From IMG/VR virus record IMGVR_UViG_2791354873_000003, positions 9,743-73,742 of that record: a DNA stretch of 64,000 nt, one strand, 5' to 3'. Shown piece by piece: positions 25,609-38,900 of the stretch (within the stretch, counting starts at the first letter, position 1; every line of letters begins with the position of its first letter). The stretch is from a virus (taxonomy: Duplodnaviria; Caudoviricetes). The notes under the pieces are model-generated. The model ran no database searches and had not been told where the DNA came from. It saw only the letters and a list, made by a program, of their open reading frames with translations. A program made the translations under genes and the position numbers.

Positions 25609-28600
25609 ATGACCACCATTGCCTCCCTCGGTCTTCAGATCGATTCCGGTGATGCTGTTGAGGCCAAGGATAACCTCGACCAGCTGACGGACGCTGGCAA
25701 GCGTAGCGAGGAGTCGGCTGGGCGAACTGGTCGCGCCTGGGAAACGGCCCTGGGCAGCTTGCAGGGCGACACCCGGCAGATCGTGCAGGAGCTGCAGTCG
25801 CTTAACGCCAAGCAGGCCGAGCTCGCGCAGCAGATGGCCACTGTGGGCCGCGCAGTTACCAGCGCATCCACGGCATTTAGCAGCGCTGCAGCGAACATGG
25901 GCTCGTTCCGGGCTGAGGCTGCGCAGGCCGGGCAAGTTCAGCAGGCGCTGACTACCGCCACGGATGCCGGTGCCCAAGCAGGCCGTCGCGCCGCCGAGTC
26001 CGCTGACGAGCAACAGGCCAGGATTCTGGCCGTGGCCAAAGCCTCTTTGGAGGCGAGCCAGTATGTTCAGACGCTCAATCGGGCCACTGAACAGAGCGCG
26101 GAGGTCACCGGCCAGGCGAACGCCGTGCTCTCAGATAGCGCCAGCCGTCAGGCGGCCATCAACAGCCGGGCCCAAGCCCTCATCGCAACCGAAGAGCGCC
26201 AGGCTGAGGCGGCGAGGAGGACAGCCGGCGCGCATCGGGAAGAAGGCCAGGCACTGGAAGAGCTACTGGGCAAGATCGACCCGACCATCGCTGCACTGGG
26301 CCGTCTGGACCAGATGGAGCAGAGGCTGAAGAGCTTCCGTGCGAGCGGTGCGCTGGATGCTGAAACCTTCGGCGAGTACCAGTCAAAGATCGATCAAGCC
26401 CGCACGGCCCTGGGAGGCGCAGATACAGCGCTGAACAAGACCGGCATGTCGGCCAAGGCAACCGCCGCCGCGCTTCGCGGGGTCCCCGCGCAATTCACTG
26501 ACATCGTCGTCTCCCTGCAAGGCGGTCAGGCGCCGCTCACCGTCTTGCTCCAGCAGGGCGGGCAGTTGAAGGACATGTTTGGTGGCGTCGGGCCGGCCAT
26601 CAAGGCCCTCGGCGGCTATGTGCTTGGCTTGGTGAACCCGTTCACGGTCGCGTCTGCAGCTGTGGGCGTGCTTGGATACGCCTATTACAAGGGCAGCGAG
26701 GAGGCCGTCGAATTCCAGAAGGCGCTGATCACGACCGGCAATGCCGCCGGAACTACGTCGGACCGCCTATCCGGGATGGCGCGCGAGGTTGCGGCCACTG
26801 TTGGCACCACCGGCGCCGCGGCAGAGGTGCTCACCCAACTGGCTGGTAGCGGGAAGGTCGCTTCTGACAGCTTCGTAGAGATCACAGAGGCCGCTCTGGA
26901 GTGGCGCTCGGCCACCGGCAAGGCGGTCAAGGAGACCGTGGCCGAGTTCGTTAAGATCGGCAAGGACCCGGTTGCTGCTGCCAAGGACCTTAACGAGCAG
27001 TACAACTTCCTGACCGCTTCGACCTATTCGCAGATCGTTGCTTTGAAGGAACAGGGTGACACGATTGGGGCCGCCAAGCTGCTCACCGATACCTACGTCG
27101 ATACCATCAAGAACCGCAGCAAAGAGGTCACCGAGAACCTGTCGATCTGGGAACGGGGCTGGAAAGCCCTGCGGGGCGAGGTTGCTGCCACCGTGGACGC
27201 GGTCAACAACATCGGTCGGGGTCAGGACATCGCAAGCCGCATCGTCGAGACGCAGCAGCGCCTAGCAGCGGCCCAGAGTGCGGTGAATGGTGATCCTGAC
27301 GACACCGCAGCGCAGAAGAAGCTGACCGATGCCAACCTTGAGCTCAAAGCGCTCATCCAGCAGCGAGACACGCAGCAAGCCATCGCGAGGGCTCAGGAGC
27401 TCGATGCCCAACGTCAACAGGCAGCCATTGTCGCGATGGGCAAGATTGACGCTCTGGAAAAGTCCGCTCGGAGCAACGCCGAGAAGCGCGCGGACGCACT
27501 CAAGGAATACACCAAATCCCTGGAGGCGATCCGCAAGGTCAACCCTGAAGATGAGCGACTGAAACCTGAAAACATCGCCAAGGTAAAGGCGGACATCGCC
27601 AAGCAGTACAAGGACGCGGCTGGCCGCACCACACCGGTCGATCTCACGGGCTTCAACACTCAGAAAAACGCTCTTGCCGCCATCCAGGCCGAGTACAAGA
27701 ACCACCAGAAGGAACTGGACGCCGCACTGAAGGCCGGTCTGATCTCTCAGGAGTCCTACGCGTCGCAGCGCGCCGCGATCATCGAGCAGCAGAAGTCCGA
27801 TGTAACGCATGCTTACGAGGAAGAGATTGCTGCGCTTGAGCAGGCGAAAGGACGCAGCAGCACCAGCGCGCAGCAGCGCATCCAGCTCGACCAGAAGATA
27901 GCGGATGCGCGTGCCGCGATGGTCAAGGCCCAGAAGGACGCCGATACCGAGCTTTCGGTGCTGGCGACCAACGAGCAAGGGCGGCTGGCTAAGCAGGCCA
28001 GGGCAGTGCAGACCTATACGGACGCGCTCAGCCAGCAGGTAACAGCGCTGAGGCTTCAAGGGCAGCGCTCAGCCGATAACCTTGGCCTTGGTGGTCGCCG
28101 GCGAGGGCTTCAGGACCAGCAGTACGGTATCACTGATCGCATTAACCAGCAGCGTCTGGACTTGGCCAACCAGTACGGCGATGGCTCTCGTGGCATGAGC
28201 CTTGATGAGTACAACCAGAAGCTGGCGGCCCTGAACAAAACCGAGAAGGACCTGCAGGAAACCACCATCGCCAACTACGACCAGATGACGGCCGCGCAGG
28301 GCGACTGGCGCAAGGGTGCATCGTCTGCCTTCCAGAATTATCTGGAGCAGGCCCGGGATGTAGCCGGGCAGACGCGATCCTTGTTTACCAATGCATTCAG
28401 CTCGATGGAGGATGCAGTCGTCAACTTCGCCATGACAGGCAAGTTCTCGTTTGCAGACTTCACCAAGTCGATCCTTGCTGACATGGTCAGGATTGAGACG
28501 CAGCGCGCTGCCTCTGGGCTGCTTGGCAGTCTGGTGAGCTGGGGTGCCACTGCGGCATCCGCCTACTTTGGAGGTGGCGGTGGTAATGGCATGGAAGCCG

Positions 28601-29064
28601 GCTCGGCGGGCGCGGTTTCCTCAAATCTCGGAGCCTCTCAAGCTGGTTACTCGTCTGCTTACGGATTCTCGGACGGCGGCTACACCGGTGCGGGCGGCAA
28701 GTATGACCCTGCCGGCATCGTCCACGCTGGTGAGTTTGTGCTTCGCCGCGAGGTAGTCAGCCAGCCCGGAATGCTCGATTACCTATCAGCCCTCAATAGC
28801 CGCGGCTACGCAGACGGTGGCCTGGTATCACCCATGCCGGTCCCTCGGCAGGTCTCTGGACGGTCTCAGTCAGGCGCGTCTATCAGCGTATCCGCCCCTG
28901 TGAGTCTGGTCATGGAGGACAGAAGCAGCGAGGGCATGCAGCTCGATCAAACGCTGCTTCAGCAGAACATGCAAAAGCAAATGCAGATGGCTGCCGAGAG
29001 GGCGGTGGCCGACTCATGGCGCCCAGGTGGCGTCAGCCATCGAAACACCAGCGGGAGGCGCTGA
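25609..29064 (+). CDS. Tail tape measure protein
   Basis: 1151-aa helical protein; [23 protein letters not shown] and C-terminal GGYTG...[11 protein letters not shown] motifs. Confidence 0.95.
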   Translation: MTTIASLGLQIDSGDAVEAKDNLDQLTDAGKRSEESAGRTGRAWETALGSLQGDTRQIVQELQSLNAKQAELAQQMATVGRAVTSASTAFSSAAANMGSFRAEAAQAGQVQQALTTATDAGAQAGRRAAESADEQQARILAVAKASLEASQYVQTLNRATEQSAEVTGQANAVLSDSASRQAAINSRAQALIATEERQAEAARRTAGAHREEGQALEELLGKIDPTIAALGRLDQMEQRLKSFRASGALDAETFGEYQSKIDQARTALGGADTALNKTGMSAKATAAALRGVPAQFTDIVVSLQGGQAPLTVLLQQGGQLKDMFGGVGPAIKALGGYVLGLVNPFTVASAAVGVLGYAYYKGSEEAVEFQKALITTGNAAGTTSDRLSGMAREVAATVGTTGAAAEVLTQLAGSGKVASDSFVEITEAALEWRSATGKAVKETVAEFVKIGKDPVAAAKDLNEQYNFLTASTYSQIVALKEQGDTIGAAKLLTDTYVDTIKNRSKEVTENLSIWERGWKALRGEVAATVDAVNNIGRGQDIASRIVETQQRLAAAQSAVNGDPDDTAAQKKLTDANLELKALIQQRDTQQAIARAQELDAQRQQAAIVAMGKIDALEKSARSNAEKRADALKEYTKSLEAIRKVNPEDERLKPENIAKVKADIAKQYKDAAGRTTPVDLTGFNTQKNALAAIQAEYKNHQKELDAALKAGLISQESYASQRAAIIEQQKSDVTHAYEEEIAALEQAKGRSSTSAQQRIQLDQKIADARAAMVKAQKDADTELSVLATNEQGRLAKQARAVQTYTDALSQQVTALRLQGQRSADNLGLGGRRRGLQDQQYGITDRINQQRLDLANQYGDGSRGMSLDEYNQKLAALNKTEKDLQETTIANYDQMTAAQGDWRKGASSAFQNYLEQARDVAGQTRSLFTNAFSSMEDAVVNFAMTGKFSFADFTKSILADMVRIETQRAASGLLGSLVSWGATAASAYFGGGGGNGMEAGSAGAVSSNLGASQAGYSSAYGFSDGGYTGAGGKYDPAGIVHAGEFVLRREVVSQPGMLDYLSALNSRGYADGGLVSPMPVPRQVSGRSQSGASISVSAPVSLVMEDRSSEGMQLDQTLLQQNMQKQMQMAAERAVADSWRPGGVSHRNTSGRR

Positions 29065-29402
29065 TGGCCATCGAGAAATTCAGCTGGCCAACCCAGCGTG
29101 GGGAAACGCCGGAGATCAGCTACCGCACCCGCGAATCCCGGTTTGGTGGCGGGTACCGGCAGGTGGTTGGTGACGGTCCTAACAACAAGGAAGACAGCTA
29201 CCCCATCACTGTCACCGGTACCAAGGCCCAAGTACGCAAGATCATGGAGTTCTTCGACAGGCACGGCGGCGCTAAGGCTTTTCTCTGGACTACGCCACTC
29301 GGAGATTTGGGGCTATTCACCTGCAAAGACCCCAAGCCTACCCCAGTGGGTGGTGGTCGTTTCAAAGTGACCGCCACCCTCGAGCGGGCTTTTCACCCAT
29401 AA
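29064..29402 (+). CDS. Minor tail protein M (distal tail)
   Basis: FGGGYRQVVGDGPN and FFDRHGGAKAFLWTTP. Confidence 0.9.
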   Translation: MAIEKFSWPTQRGETPEISYRTRESRFGGGYRQVVGDGPNNKEDSYPITVTGTKAQVRKIMEFFDRHGGAKAFLWTTPLGDLGLFTCKDPKPTPVGGGRFKVTATLERAFHP

Positions 29403-29411
29403 GGAACCAGC

Positions 29412-30161
29412 ATGTCACTGATCAAGGACATCCAGACCCTGGAGCCTGGCAACGAGGTGCTGCTGTTCGAACTCGACGGTTCGGACTTCGGCGCCGACAC
29501 CCTTCGCTTCCATGGCCATGCGATTCCTCATGCCCCCGAGGAACTGCGAGCAACCGGCGCCAATGCCGACCAACTGCAGGCCAAGTCCATATGGTGGCAG
29601 GGCAACGAGTACAGCGCCTGGCCAGTGCAGATTGAAGGCATCGAGGCGAACTCCGACGGCACTGCGGTGCGGCCGACGTTCAGCGTGGGCAACGTCAGTG
29701 GCCGGATCACGGCGCTGTGCTTGGCCTTCGACAATCTGCTCGAATTCAAGCTGACCATGCGGCACACCTTCGCCGAGTACCTGGACGCTGCGAATTTCTC
29801 TGGCGGCAACCCCTCCGCAGATCCGGCAGAGGAGGCGATCGAAGTCTGGTATATCGATCAGAAGGTGTCCGAGAGCGGCACCACTGTGGCCTGGGAGCTT
29901 GCAAGCCCAGGCGATGTGGGTGGCGAAACGATTGGGCGTCAGATGACGCAGCTATGCCATTGGGCGATGACGGCAGGGTACCGTGGGCCAAACTGTGGCT
30001 ATACCGGACCCTACTACGACATGGATGGGAACCTGACCTCGGACCCAGCCAAGGATCAATGCAACGGCTGTCTGGACACTGGTTGCACCGTCCGGCATGG
30101 CCAGGGCAACGAACTTCCCTTCGGCGGCTTTCCTGCCGTCTCGCTGATCGCCCGGAGCTGA
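29412..30161 (+). CDS. Minor tail protein L
   Basis: IWWQGNEYSAWP; Cys cluster near the C-terminus; FGGFPA. Confidence 0.92.
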   Translation: MSLIKDIQTLEPGNEVLLFELDGSDFGADTLRFHGHAIPHAPEELRATGANADQLQAKSIWWQGNEYSAWPVQIEGIEANSDGTAVRPTFSVGNVSGRITALCLAFDNLLEFKLTMRHTFAEYLDAANFSGGNPSADPAEEAIEVWYIDQKVSESGTTVAWELASPGDVGGETIGRQMTQLCHWAMTAGYRGPNCGYTGPYYDMDGNLTSDPAKDQCNGCLDTGCTVRHGQGNELPFGGFPAVSLIARS

Positions 30162-30163
30162 CC

Positions 30164-30919
30164 ATGCGCAAACACATACTCGCCGCCTTGCAGGCGCACG
30201 CAGCGGCTGAATACCCGCGCGAGTGTTGCGGGCTGCTGTTGCAGGTTGGCCACAGGCAGGTCTATCACCCATGCACCAACGCATCTAACGATCCGACTGA
30301 GGAGTTCCGGATTGCACCAGAGCAGTACGCTGAGGCGGAGGACATGGGCGACGTGATTGGAATCGTTCACTCACACCCCGACGCGACCAGCAGGCCGTCG
30401 CCGCGCGACCTGGCAATGTGCGAGGCCACTGGCCTGCCCTGGTACATCTTGTCGTGGCCGGAGGGTGACCTGCGCACGATCACGCCCACCGGAAGAACGC
30501 CGCTGCTGGGGCGCCCGTTTGTGCACGGCGCATGGGACTGCTGGCAGACCTGCGCCGATTGGTACGAGCGTGAATGGGGGCTGGAGTTTCCCGCCTACGC
30601 CCGGGAAGAGGGCTGGTGGGAGAATGCTGACGGCCCCAGTCTGTACGAGCAGGCCTATGAGGCTGCTGGCTTCTACCAGGTGAGCCAGCCACAACGCGGT
30701 GACTTGGTCGTCATGGCCGTGGGGCGCACTGCCCATCCAAACCATGCGGGCATCTACCTGGGCGCTAATGCCCAACTGCCAGGCGAGGTGGGCCAGGTCT
30801 TCGGGCCGGGCCCATTCATGCTGCACCACCTGCTAGGGCGGCCATCGGAAATCATCGTGTTCGGCGGCCCATGGCTCGACCGGGCGCGCCTTGTGTTGCG
30901 TCATCGGGACGCCAAATGA
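30164..30919 (+). CDS. Tail assembly protein K (JAB plus NlpC/P60)
   Basis: EYPRECCG, IVHSHPD, GAWDCW, NHAGIYLG. Confidence 0.92.
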   Translation: MRKHILAALQAHAAAEYPRECCGLLLQVGHRQVYHPCTNASNDPTEEFRIAPEQYAEAEDMGDVIGIVHSHPDATSRPSPRDLAMCEATGLPWYILSWPEGDLRTITPTGRTPLLGRPFVHGAWDCWQTCADWYEREWGLEFPAYAREEGWWENADGPSLYEQAYEAAGFYQVSQPQRGDLVVMAVGRTAHPNHAGIYLGANAQLPGEVGQVFGPGPFMLHHLLGRPSEIIVFGGPWLDRARLVLRHRDAK

Positions 30920-31038
30920 AGCGGCATAGCCGTAGGAGTAGATAATGGAAGCGAAAACCGTAGCTTCTTATGTGCCTGCCGGAAAGGGTGCAGGCCTTGA
31001 AGGTAAAAAGGCCGAGCCGAAGCCCAGCCCTGTCCCAA

Positions 31039-31266
31039 TTACTTGTGCTGATTGAAAACCAAGTTGATGCGGTCAACGTCTGGCGCAGTAGCTCCACCTT
31101 GGCCCATTTGCTGGGCAACTGCCAATGCGAATTGGCGTGCTGATTCAATACCTTCAGCGCCCTGTGATTCGCGAAGCTGTTGAAGCAGGCCCGCGATGAT
31201 GCAACTGATAGTCTTGATATCGTCGCCGTGGGAGTTGATTGCATCGATAACTCGTTGCTCGGTCAT
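31039..31266 (-). CDS. Small antisense moron protein
   Basis: 75-aa ORF with AAGGA SD between K and I. Confidence 0.7.
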   Translation of the reverse strand: MTEQRVIDAINSHGDDIKTISCIIAGLLQQLRESQGAEGIESARQFALAVAQQMGQGGATAPDVDRINLVFNQHK

Positions 31267-31508
31267 GGAGTATCCTTACTAATTTGCCCCAGTCCATGGG
31301 CTTTCCTGCAGCGAACCGGGGCGGGTCGTTGGGAGGCACAACGCTACTACGGCATGGAGAGACGCGATACTGGCATTGTGTACACGCTGTATAAGTGGTC
31401 AGCGCTAATTAAAGGGAATCGTGTCCGATGATCCGGAATAAAACTTCTCTGGCGCAGATGAGCGCACACTCGGAGAAGCTCAGAGCTTCTGAGCATTGAG
31501 AGGTGCGT

Positions 31509-31739
31509 ATGTCCAGAGACAGATATGGCGTAGACAGTGAAAGGCCGATCAGCGACACAGGCGGCCAGGGAACGTCGCCAGAGCGTTCTGATAAGCCTTC
31601 AAACCAATCTCGCCCAGAGGACCGTGACGACTATTTCGACAAACCTCCCTTTCGGAAAGAACAGGGGCAACGGACGCCGGATCCATCGAGGACATCCCCT
31701 GCGGAGCGCTATAGCTACCACAAGCGACCATTGGAATAA
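31509..31739 (+). CDS. Possible hydrophilic small protein
   Basis: GAGGTG SD; low-complexity charged sequence. Confidence 0.35.
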   Translation: MSRDRYGVDSERPISDTGGQGTSPERSDKPSNQSRPEDRDDYFDKPPFRKEQGQRTPDPSRTSPAERYSYHKRPLE

Positions 31740-31766
31740 TTGCTAGCTCTTACAGAGCATGATGAG

Positions 31767-31791
31767 AGCCCAGCCCCGCGCTGGGCTTTTT
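31767..31791 (+). terminator. Intrinsic terminator
   Basis: AGCCCAG-ccccgcg-CTGGGCT followed by a T run. Confidence 0.7.
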
Positions 31792-31852
31792 GCATCTGCA
31801 CAGGCCCAGGCTGCGCTGTGGTAGATTCCCTCGATCATCAAGGAGGGTTTAC

Positions 31853-32275
31853 ATGCGGATTTTAATCGGAGCACTGGGGCTGGCTTTTCTGGCGGGATGT
31901 ACAACATCGGTCATTTCAGTACAGCAAGCTCAGCCAGTGCCTAGGGATGAGATCTATGCTTACCAGGTGAGATCCGCATCGAGCGATGGTGCGCTCACCG
32001 TTGTACGAGATTCAGGCATGCTCGGCTCCGGTTGCGACATCGTTGTATACATCGATGGGAAAAAGTCGGCGAAGGTTGGGCCCTCTCAAAAAGCCACTTT
32101 CTACTTGCCGGCGGGACAGCCGAACTTGGGAATAGGACTGGCTGGATCAGGCCTCTGCGCAGGTATGGCCATCCGCTCCATCACCGGCAGCGTTGAGTCG
32201 GGCAAGGAGACTATCTACCGGATCAGCGGAGACATGAGTGGTGTCTACATAGGTCCCTACCTCCAATACAACTGA
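31853..32275 (+). CDS. Moron lipoprotein
   Basis: MRILIGALGLAFLAG-C lipobox; AAGGAGG SD; own extended -10 (TGgTAGATT) and downstream terminator. Confidence 0.88.
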   Translation: MRILIGALGLAFLAGCTTSVISVQQAQPVPRDEIYAYQVRSASSDGALTVVRDSGMLGSGCDIVVYIDGKKSAKVGPSQKATFYLPAGQPNLGIGLAGSGLCAGMAIRSITGSVESGKETIYRISGDMSGVYIGPYLQYN

Positions 32276-32276
32276 C

Positions 32277-32298
32277 AAACCGCCTTCGGGCGGTTTTT
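32277..32298 (+). terminator. Intrinsic terminator after the moron lipoprotein
   Basis: AAACCGCC-TTCG-GGCGGTTTTT. Confidence 0.8.
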
Positions 32299-32316
32299 AA
32301 TGCCTGGAGAAATTCG

Positions 32317-32913
32317 ATGGCAACTGCACTCAACACTGGTTTGATGACGATAAAGCTGTCCGGTCCGCTTGTTCGACGGTTCGGTCGGGTACATCGGCGC
32401 GTGATTGACACCGGTACTGTAAAGGAGGTGTTTTCAGCGCTTCGGGCAACCCTCCCAGGGTTCGAGAGGGAGATTAGGAGGCTTGATTCCCTGGGCATGC
32501 GCTTCGCGATCTTTCGTAATGGGAAAAATATTGGGCCTGCAGAGTTCGAACGGTCAGGTACCCAGGAGATTCGTATAGTGCCGGTGGTCGGCGGCAGCAA
32601 GCGCGGAGGGGTGCTGCAGACGATTGTAGGAATCGTCATGATCGTGGCTGGCGCGTTTTTAAGTGCAACGCCATTTGGCGCCCCGCTGATCGGGGCAGGC
32701 ATAGGACTAGTCGCTGGCGGCGTAATTCAAATGCTCAGCCCCCAGGCCAAGGGCCTATCCCAAAGCGCCGCGCCAGAAAACCTACCGTCGTACGCCTTCG
32801 GCAGCGCCAAGAACACCACGGCCAGCGGCAACCCCGTCCCGATCTGCATCGGCGAACGACGCTGGGGTGGGGCAATCATCTCTGCCTCGATCGAGGCGCA
32901 GGACAAGGCATAG
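32317..32913 (+). CDS. Tail assembly protein I
   Basis: IRIVPVVGGSKRGG, QMLSPQ, NTTASGNPVPICIGERRWGGAIISA. Confidence 0.92.
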   Translation: MATALNTGLMTIKLSGPLVRRFGRVHRRVIDTGTVKEVFSALRATLPGFEREIRRLDSLGMRFAIFRNGKNIGPAEFERSGTQEIRIVPVVGGSKRGGVLQTIVGIVMIVAGAFLSATPFGAPLIGAGIGLVAGGVIQMLSPQAKGLSQSAAPENLPSYAFGSAKNTTASGNPVPICIGERRWGGAIISASIEAQDKA

Positions 32914-32969
32914 CGCCAAAAGAATGCACAGACCGCCAGTTGGCGGTTTTTTTTCGCCCGGAGGAAAGC

Positions 32970-35900
32970 ATGGGCCCAGTAGATCACCTGGAAATTGTCG
33001 GCGCCAAAGGCGGCGAGAGCCAGCCAAAGCAGGCAGTGGAGTCGCCGGACAGCTTGCGCTCGACGAACATCGCCAAGATTCTGCTGGCAGTGGGCGAAGG
33101 CGAATTCGATGGGGTACCCACCGACCGGGACATCTACCTCGACAACACCCCGATCGCTGATGCCAGCGGCAATGTGAACTTCCCAGGTGTGAAGTGGGAG
33201 TGGCGCCCGGGCTCCGTTGAGCAGAGTTACATCCAGGGCATCCCGTCGGTGGAGAACGAAACCTCCGTCAACGTTGAGCTGCGCAGTGACAACCCGTTCA
33301 CTCGCGCCCTGAGCAACACCCAGCTCTCGGCTGTTCGCGTGCGCATGTCCTGGCCGCGCCTGGCCAAGCAGGAGAGCAATGGGGACACCAGGGGCTATCG
33401 CATCGAGTACGCGATCGATATCGCTACAGACGGTGGCGCTTATGTCGAGGCTCATCTTGGCGCCGTTGATGGCAAGTCCACTAACGGCTACCAGCGCTCG
33501 GTGCGCGTGAATCTGCCCAAGGCAACTTCCGGGTGGATGCTGCGTGTGCGCCGACTCACGCCGAACGCGAACAGCGGTACCGTGGCCGATACCATGACCG
33601 TGGCGGGCTACACCGAGATCATCGACCAGAAGATCCGGTACCCGAATACGGCCTTGCTGTACATCGAGTTCGATGCCCAGCAGTTCCAGAACATCCCGGC
33701 GGTGACGGTGAAGTGCAAGGCCAAGCGCTGGCCGGTACCGAGCACTTACGATCCGATCACCCGCACCTACAGCGGTGTTTGGGACGGTACGTTCAAGCTG
33801 GCCTGGACCAACAACCCTGCTTTCGTGACCTATGGCCTGTGCGTGGAAGACCGCTTCGGCCTGGGCAAGCGCATCAAGCCGTGGATGGTCGACAAGTGGG
33901 AGATGTACCGCATCGCCCAGTACTGCGACCAGCTTGTGCCGGACGGTGTGGGCGGTCAGGAGCCGCGCTTCCTCTGCGACATGAACCTGCAGGGCCGTGC
34001 CGAGGCATGGACGCTGCTGCGCGACCTATCGGCGATCTATCGGGGCATGGTGTATTGGGCCCACGGTTCGCTGTTCATGCAGGCGGACATGCCGCGCGCG
34101 CAGGACATCGACTACGTCTTCACCAGGTCGAACGTGATCGATGGTGAGTTCGTTTATGGCGGGGCCGAGCGCAGCACGCACTACAGCCGCTCCCTGGTCA
34201 GCTACGACAATCCGGCCAACAACTACGACACCGACGTTATTCCGGTGACAGATAACGCACTGCAGCGCCGGTACCGGGACCGCCCAATCGAGCTTTCCGC
34301 GATCGGCTGCACCCGGGCATCCGAGGCTCAGCGCCGCGGTAAATGGGCGCTGCTGAGCAATAGCCAGGATCGCACCGTTACGTTCAAGACCGGCATGGAG
34401 GGCCGTATCCCGCTGCCTGGGTTCGTCATTCCCGTGGCGGACGAGTTGGTAGCAGGCCGTCCAAACGGCGGTCGCATTTCCTCGGCTGCTGGCCGCGTCG
34501 TGACGCTGGACCGTAACACCCCGATCAAGGCCGGCGACCGGCTGATCGTGAATCTGCCCAACGGTACCGCCCAGGCGCGGACCGTGCACTCCGTCGCGGG
34601 ACGGGCTGTGACCGTCACCACCGAGTACAGCCTGCAACCCGAACCAGAATTGCAGTGGGCGATTGACTACGACGACCTGGCCGTACAGCTGTTCCGGGTG
34701 CTCAAGACCACCCGCACCCAGGAGGGCAACTACGAAATCACTGCGCTCGAGTTCAACCCGAGCAAGTTCGCTGCGATCGACACCGGTGCGAAGCTGGATG
34801 AGCGTCCGATCAGCGTCATCCCGGTGACCACCGTGGCGCCTCCGGCCAGCGTATCGCTGTCGTCCGGCCACATGATCGACCAGGGCATCGCGGTCAGCAC
34901 CATGACCATTGCCTGGCCGGCAGTGGCGGGCGCCGTTGCCTACGATGTCGAGTGGCGCAAGGACAATGGCAACTGGGTCCGCTTGCAGCGCACTGGTGCC
35001 GCGTCTGTGGACGTGGTCGGCATCTACGCTGGCGCATACCTGGCCCGCGTCCGTTCGGTCAGTGCATTCGATATCACCTCGATCTGGAAAAGCTCGGATC
35101 TGACCCAGCTGAACGGCAAGGAAGGGTTGCCGCCGGCCGTTACGTTCCTGACCACCGAGAGCTTGCTGTTCGGTATCGGGATCAAGTGGGGACTGCCTGC
35201 CGGCGCCGAAGACACCGAGCGTACCGAACTGTGGTACAGCGAAGGCACCGACCTCGGCGCGGCAACCAAGCTTGCTGACTTGGCCTATCCGCAGAGTGAG
35301 CATGTCATGCAGGGCCTGCGCGCGGGCCAGCGCTTCTTCTTCTGGGCACGCCTGGTGGACCGGTCCGGTAATGTTGGGCCGTTCTTCCCGGTGGCGCCGA
35401 CCGTGGTTACCGGCATCGCCAGTGCCGATGCTGGCCCGATCCTCGAGCAGATCAAGGACCAGATCACCGAGAGCGAGCTGGGCAAGGAGCTCACTGGCCG
35501 CATTGATCTGATCGACAAGAACGGACCTGGCTCGGTGAACGAGCGGGTAGGGGCGGCGAAGACCGAGTTGGCCAAGCAGGTCGGCGAGGTGAACAACGCC
35601 CTCAACACCGTAAAGGGCAACCTCGAGCAGCAAATCACGGCTGTGAGCGCGGACGTTTCCGCCTCCAAGACCGAGCTGCAGCAGCAGATCGCCAATATCT
35701 CGGCCCTGGCCGGCTCCCTGCCGTATCGCAAGGACAAGGCCTACAGCGTCGGCCAAAGCGCCCTGGGCAGTGATGGCAAGCTATACCAGGCCCTGAAAGC
35801 GGTACCGTTGAACACGCCACCGCCGAACGCCACCTACTGGACTGATGTTGGCCAGGCGGCGGTGACTGCCAGCGGCATGGCCGCGCGGGTTTCGAAGGTC

Positions 35901-38900
35901 GAAACCGATGTGTCGACGCTGGACGGCAAGGTGACTGCGCAGGCATCGCAGATCAGTGGGCTGCAATCGAGCCTGACCACCACCAATGGGAACGTCTCGG
36001 CTGCCCAGCAGGCTGCTCAGGATGCGGCCACGCTCGCGGGCGGGAAGGGCAAGGTCATTGTTCAATCGGCAGCGCCTGCTGTCGCTGATCGTTTGGCGCA
36101 GAACCTGTGGATCGACACCACCGGCAATGCCAACACCCCGAAACGCTGGAGCGGTTCTGCTTGGGTAGCGGTAACGGACAAGGTGGCCACCGATGCAGCA
36201 GCAGCTGCCCAGTCGGCGCTCAGCCAGGTAGCGTTGAAGGCCGACGCGAGCGTTGTGAGTAACTTGAGCACCCGTGTCAGCGATGCCGAGGGCAAGCTCA
36301 CATCGCAAGCCACCCGCATGGACGGCATGCAGACCAGCATCGACGGCAAGGCCAGCTCGCAGGCGCTGCAGCAGGTCACCAGCCGCGTGACGGCGACCGA
36401 AGACAAGGACAAGGCCCAAGATCAGCTCATCAGCTCACAAAGCCAGGCGCTTATCTCGCTGACTGACAACGTGAGCAAGAAGGCCGACGCCTCAACGGTC
36501 CAGGCCCTGAGCAACGAGGTGAAGACCCAGGGTCAAAGCTTAACGGCGCAGGGGCAGGCGCTTACGAGGATTGATACCAACCTTGGCAGGCTTGGGGCTA
36601 GTGGCGTCAACTTGGTGCCGGCTGACTTCTCGGTTTTTACCAAGGATCTGCCTGCAGGTATCTATTCAAACGGCGGGGTCGCTCTCAGTACTGTAACCGA
36701 CGCATCATGCTTCAAAGGCTACGCACTGAAGGCTGACAACAGCAACGAGAATTCGCATACGTTCGGGCTCGCTACCGCGTTCACGGCCGCTGCGTGCAAC
36801 ATGGGGTTCAAACGCGGCAAGTATTTGGTGTCTTTCAGGGCTCGTGCTCAGACTGCAGACCATGTAGTTGGTTGTTATGCCCGCGTCTTGCTCGCCGACG
36901 GTGTCAGTTTCAAGACATCCAGCGCTCCATTATTCACGTTGACCACAGCCTGGGCCCGGTACTCTGCGCTCATCGACCTGACCGCTGCAGATTACGATGG
37001 CACGCAGATGCAATTGGCTATCCAAACCAACCGGTCAGGGGTTCCTAACCGTACCACCTACTTCGATCAGTTCATGTTCGAAGCGGTGGTCAATGATCAG
37101 GCTGAGCCGTCCATCTTCAATTTGGGAGACAGCTTCGAACAGGCGGCCACAAATGCTGCAGCAACTACCGCATTGTCGGCCAGGGTGGAAAAGACTGAAC
37201 AAGGGCAGACAAGCACAAGCCAGCAGGTAACTCAGCTGGAGAATACGGTCAGGTCTCTTGATTCGAAGGTTGGAGGCAAAGCTGATGCTGCTGCGCTGCA
37301 GGTGCTTGCAAACACTGTGGATCAGCATGGTAAGAGCATCACTGCTAATAGCCAATCGCTGACTAAGGTCAATGCCAGCCTCAGCGGCCTGGGGGCCAGC
37401 GGGGTCAACTTGGTTCCAGCCGAGTACTGCGCCTTCACCAAAGACTTGCCAGCGAACATGTACTCAAATGGCGGTGTTGCGATGAGCACCGTACCTGACG
37501 CTGCCGCTTTTAAAGGGTATGCGTTGAGGGCGAACAACAGCAATCCTGATTCGCACACCTTTGGATTGAGCACTGGCTTTAATGCTGCCTCATGCAACAT
37601 GGGCTTCAAGCCTGGAAAGTACCTGGTGTCGTTTTACGCTCGTTCCGAAGTGGCTGGGCACATTGTTGGGATCTACGCGCGCGTGCTCCTTGCCGATGGC
37701 TCGTCATTCAAGACCTCGAACGCGCCCACTTTCGCGCTGACCACGGCGTGGGTCAGGTATGTGGGCGTCATTGACCTGACGGACCCGGCCTACACGGGTG
37801 CGCAAATGCAGCTCGCGGTCCAGAGCAACCGCTCAGGGGTTGCCAACCGGGTCACCTACTATGATCGCTTCATGCTCGAGGCCGTTGTAAACGACCAGAC
37901 CGAACCATCCAACTTCAGCATGGGCAATAGCTTTGATCAGGCAGCTGTTCTCGCTGAAGCAACCACAGCGCTCTCGGGGAGAGTTGTAAAGAACGAGGAG
38001 GGACTGACCTCAGCTAGCGCGCAGCTTACACAGCTGAAGAACTCTATCGGTGGTAGTGGCGTAAACCTTCTGCCAGCCGAGTATTCGACCTTTCAGAAGA
38101 CATTGCCAGTGTTGGACGGCAGCAGCTTCGTAGCAAGCGTTGAGAACGATTCGGCTTCATTCAGCGGCGGTACATTGAAGTTCGCGTGGGCAACTGACTC
38201 CACCGGACTGTCTGCTTTCCTGTCGCCGAAGTGGAACATCGGCAACATGGGTATGAAGCCCCAGAAATACATCATCTCTTATCGCGCCCGCGCTAGCGCC
38301 GATGGGCATGTAGTTGCGTTGTATTTGCGAGGGATCAACCCGGATGGCAGCGTTGTCAACAGCCCGGCGGCAACCCAGCAGCCACTGACCACTTCGTGGA
38401 GCCGTTATTCCTACGTGGCAGATCTAACAGGAGGCGGCTTCACAGGCGACAAAATGCTGCTGGTAGTCCAGATGAACCGATCAGGCTTTGCCGGTCGTTC
38501 GGTATGGTTCGATCAGATAATGGTTGAGCAGGTGTTGGGCGAAGGTACTGCGCCAAGCACTTTCACCCCTGGTAACACAGCCGATCAATCTAGCGCCTCA
38601 GCATCAGCGATTGAGTCGCTAAATTCCGCTGTGAGTCAGCAAGGCAAAGACCTGACATCTGTCACAAGTCGCACAACGCTGCTTGAGGGGTCAGTCAACA
38701 GCCCTAGCAGCGGACTGAATACAAAAGCGAGCACCAGCGCGCTGCAAACACTGACAGGTCGGGTATCAGCTGCTGAGGGGGGACTCACCGCAGCTAGCTC
38801 TAGCATCACACGGATTGGAAGCCAGATTGACGCTATTGGCGGAGCAGGAAGCAATTTGATCCCTGCCGAGTTCACCACCTTCGGCTCAGCCGCGCCGAGC

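Noticed and set aside
36590-37940. J modules 1 and 2 as a DGR template/variable pair
   Set aside because: Both copies are in-frame parts of one ORF, differences are not adenine-specific, and no reverse transcriptase is present.
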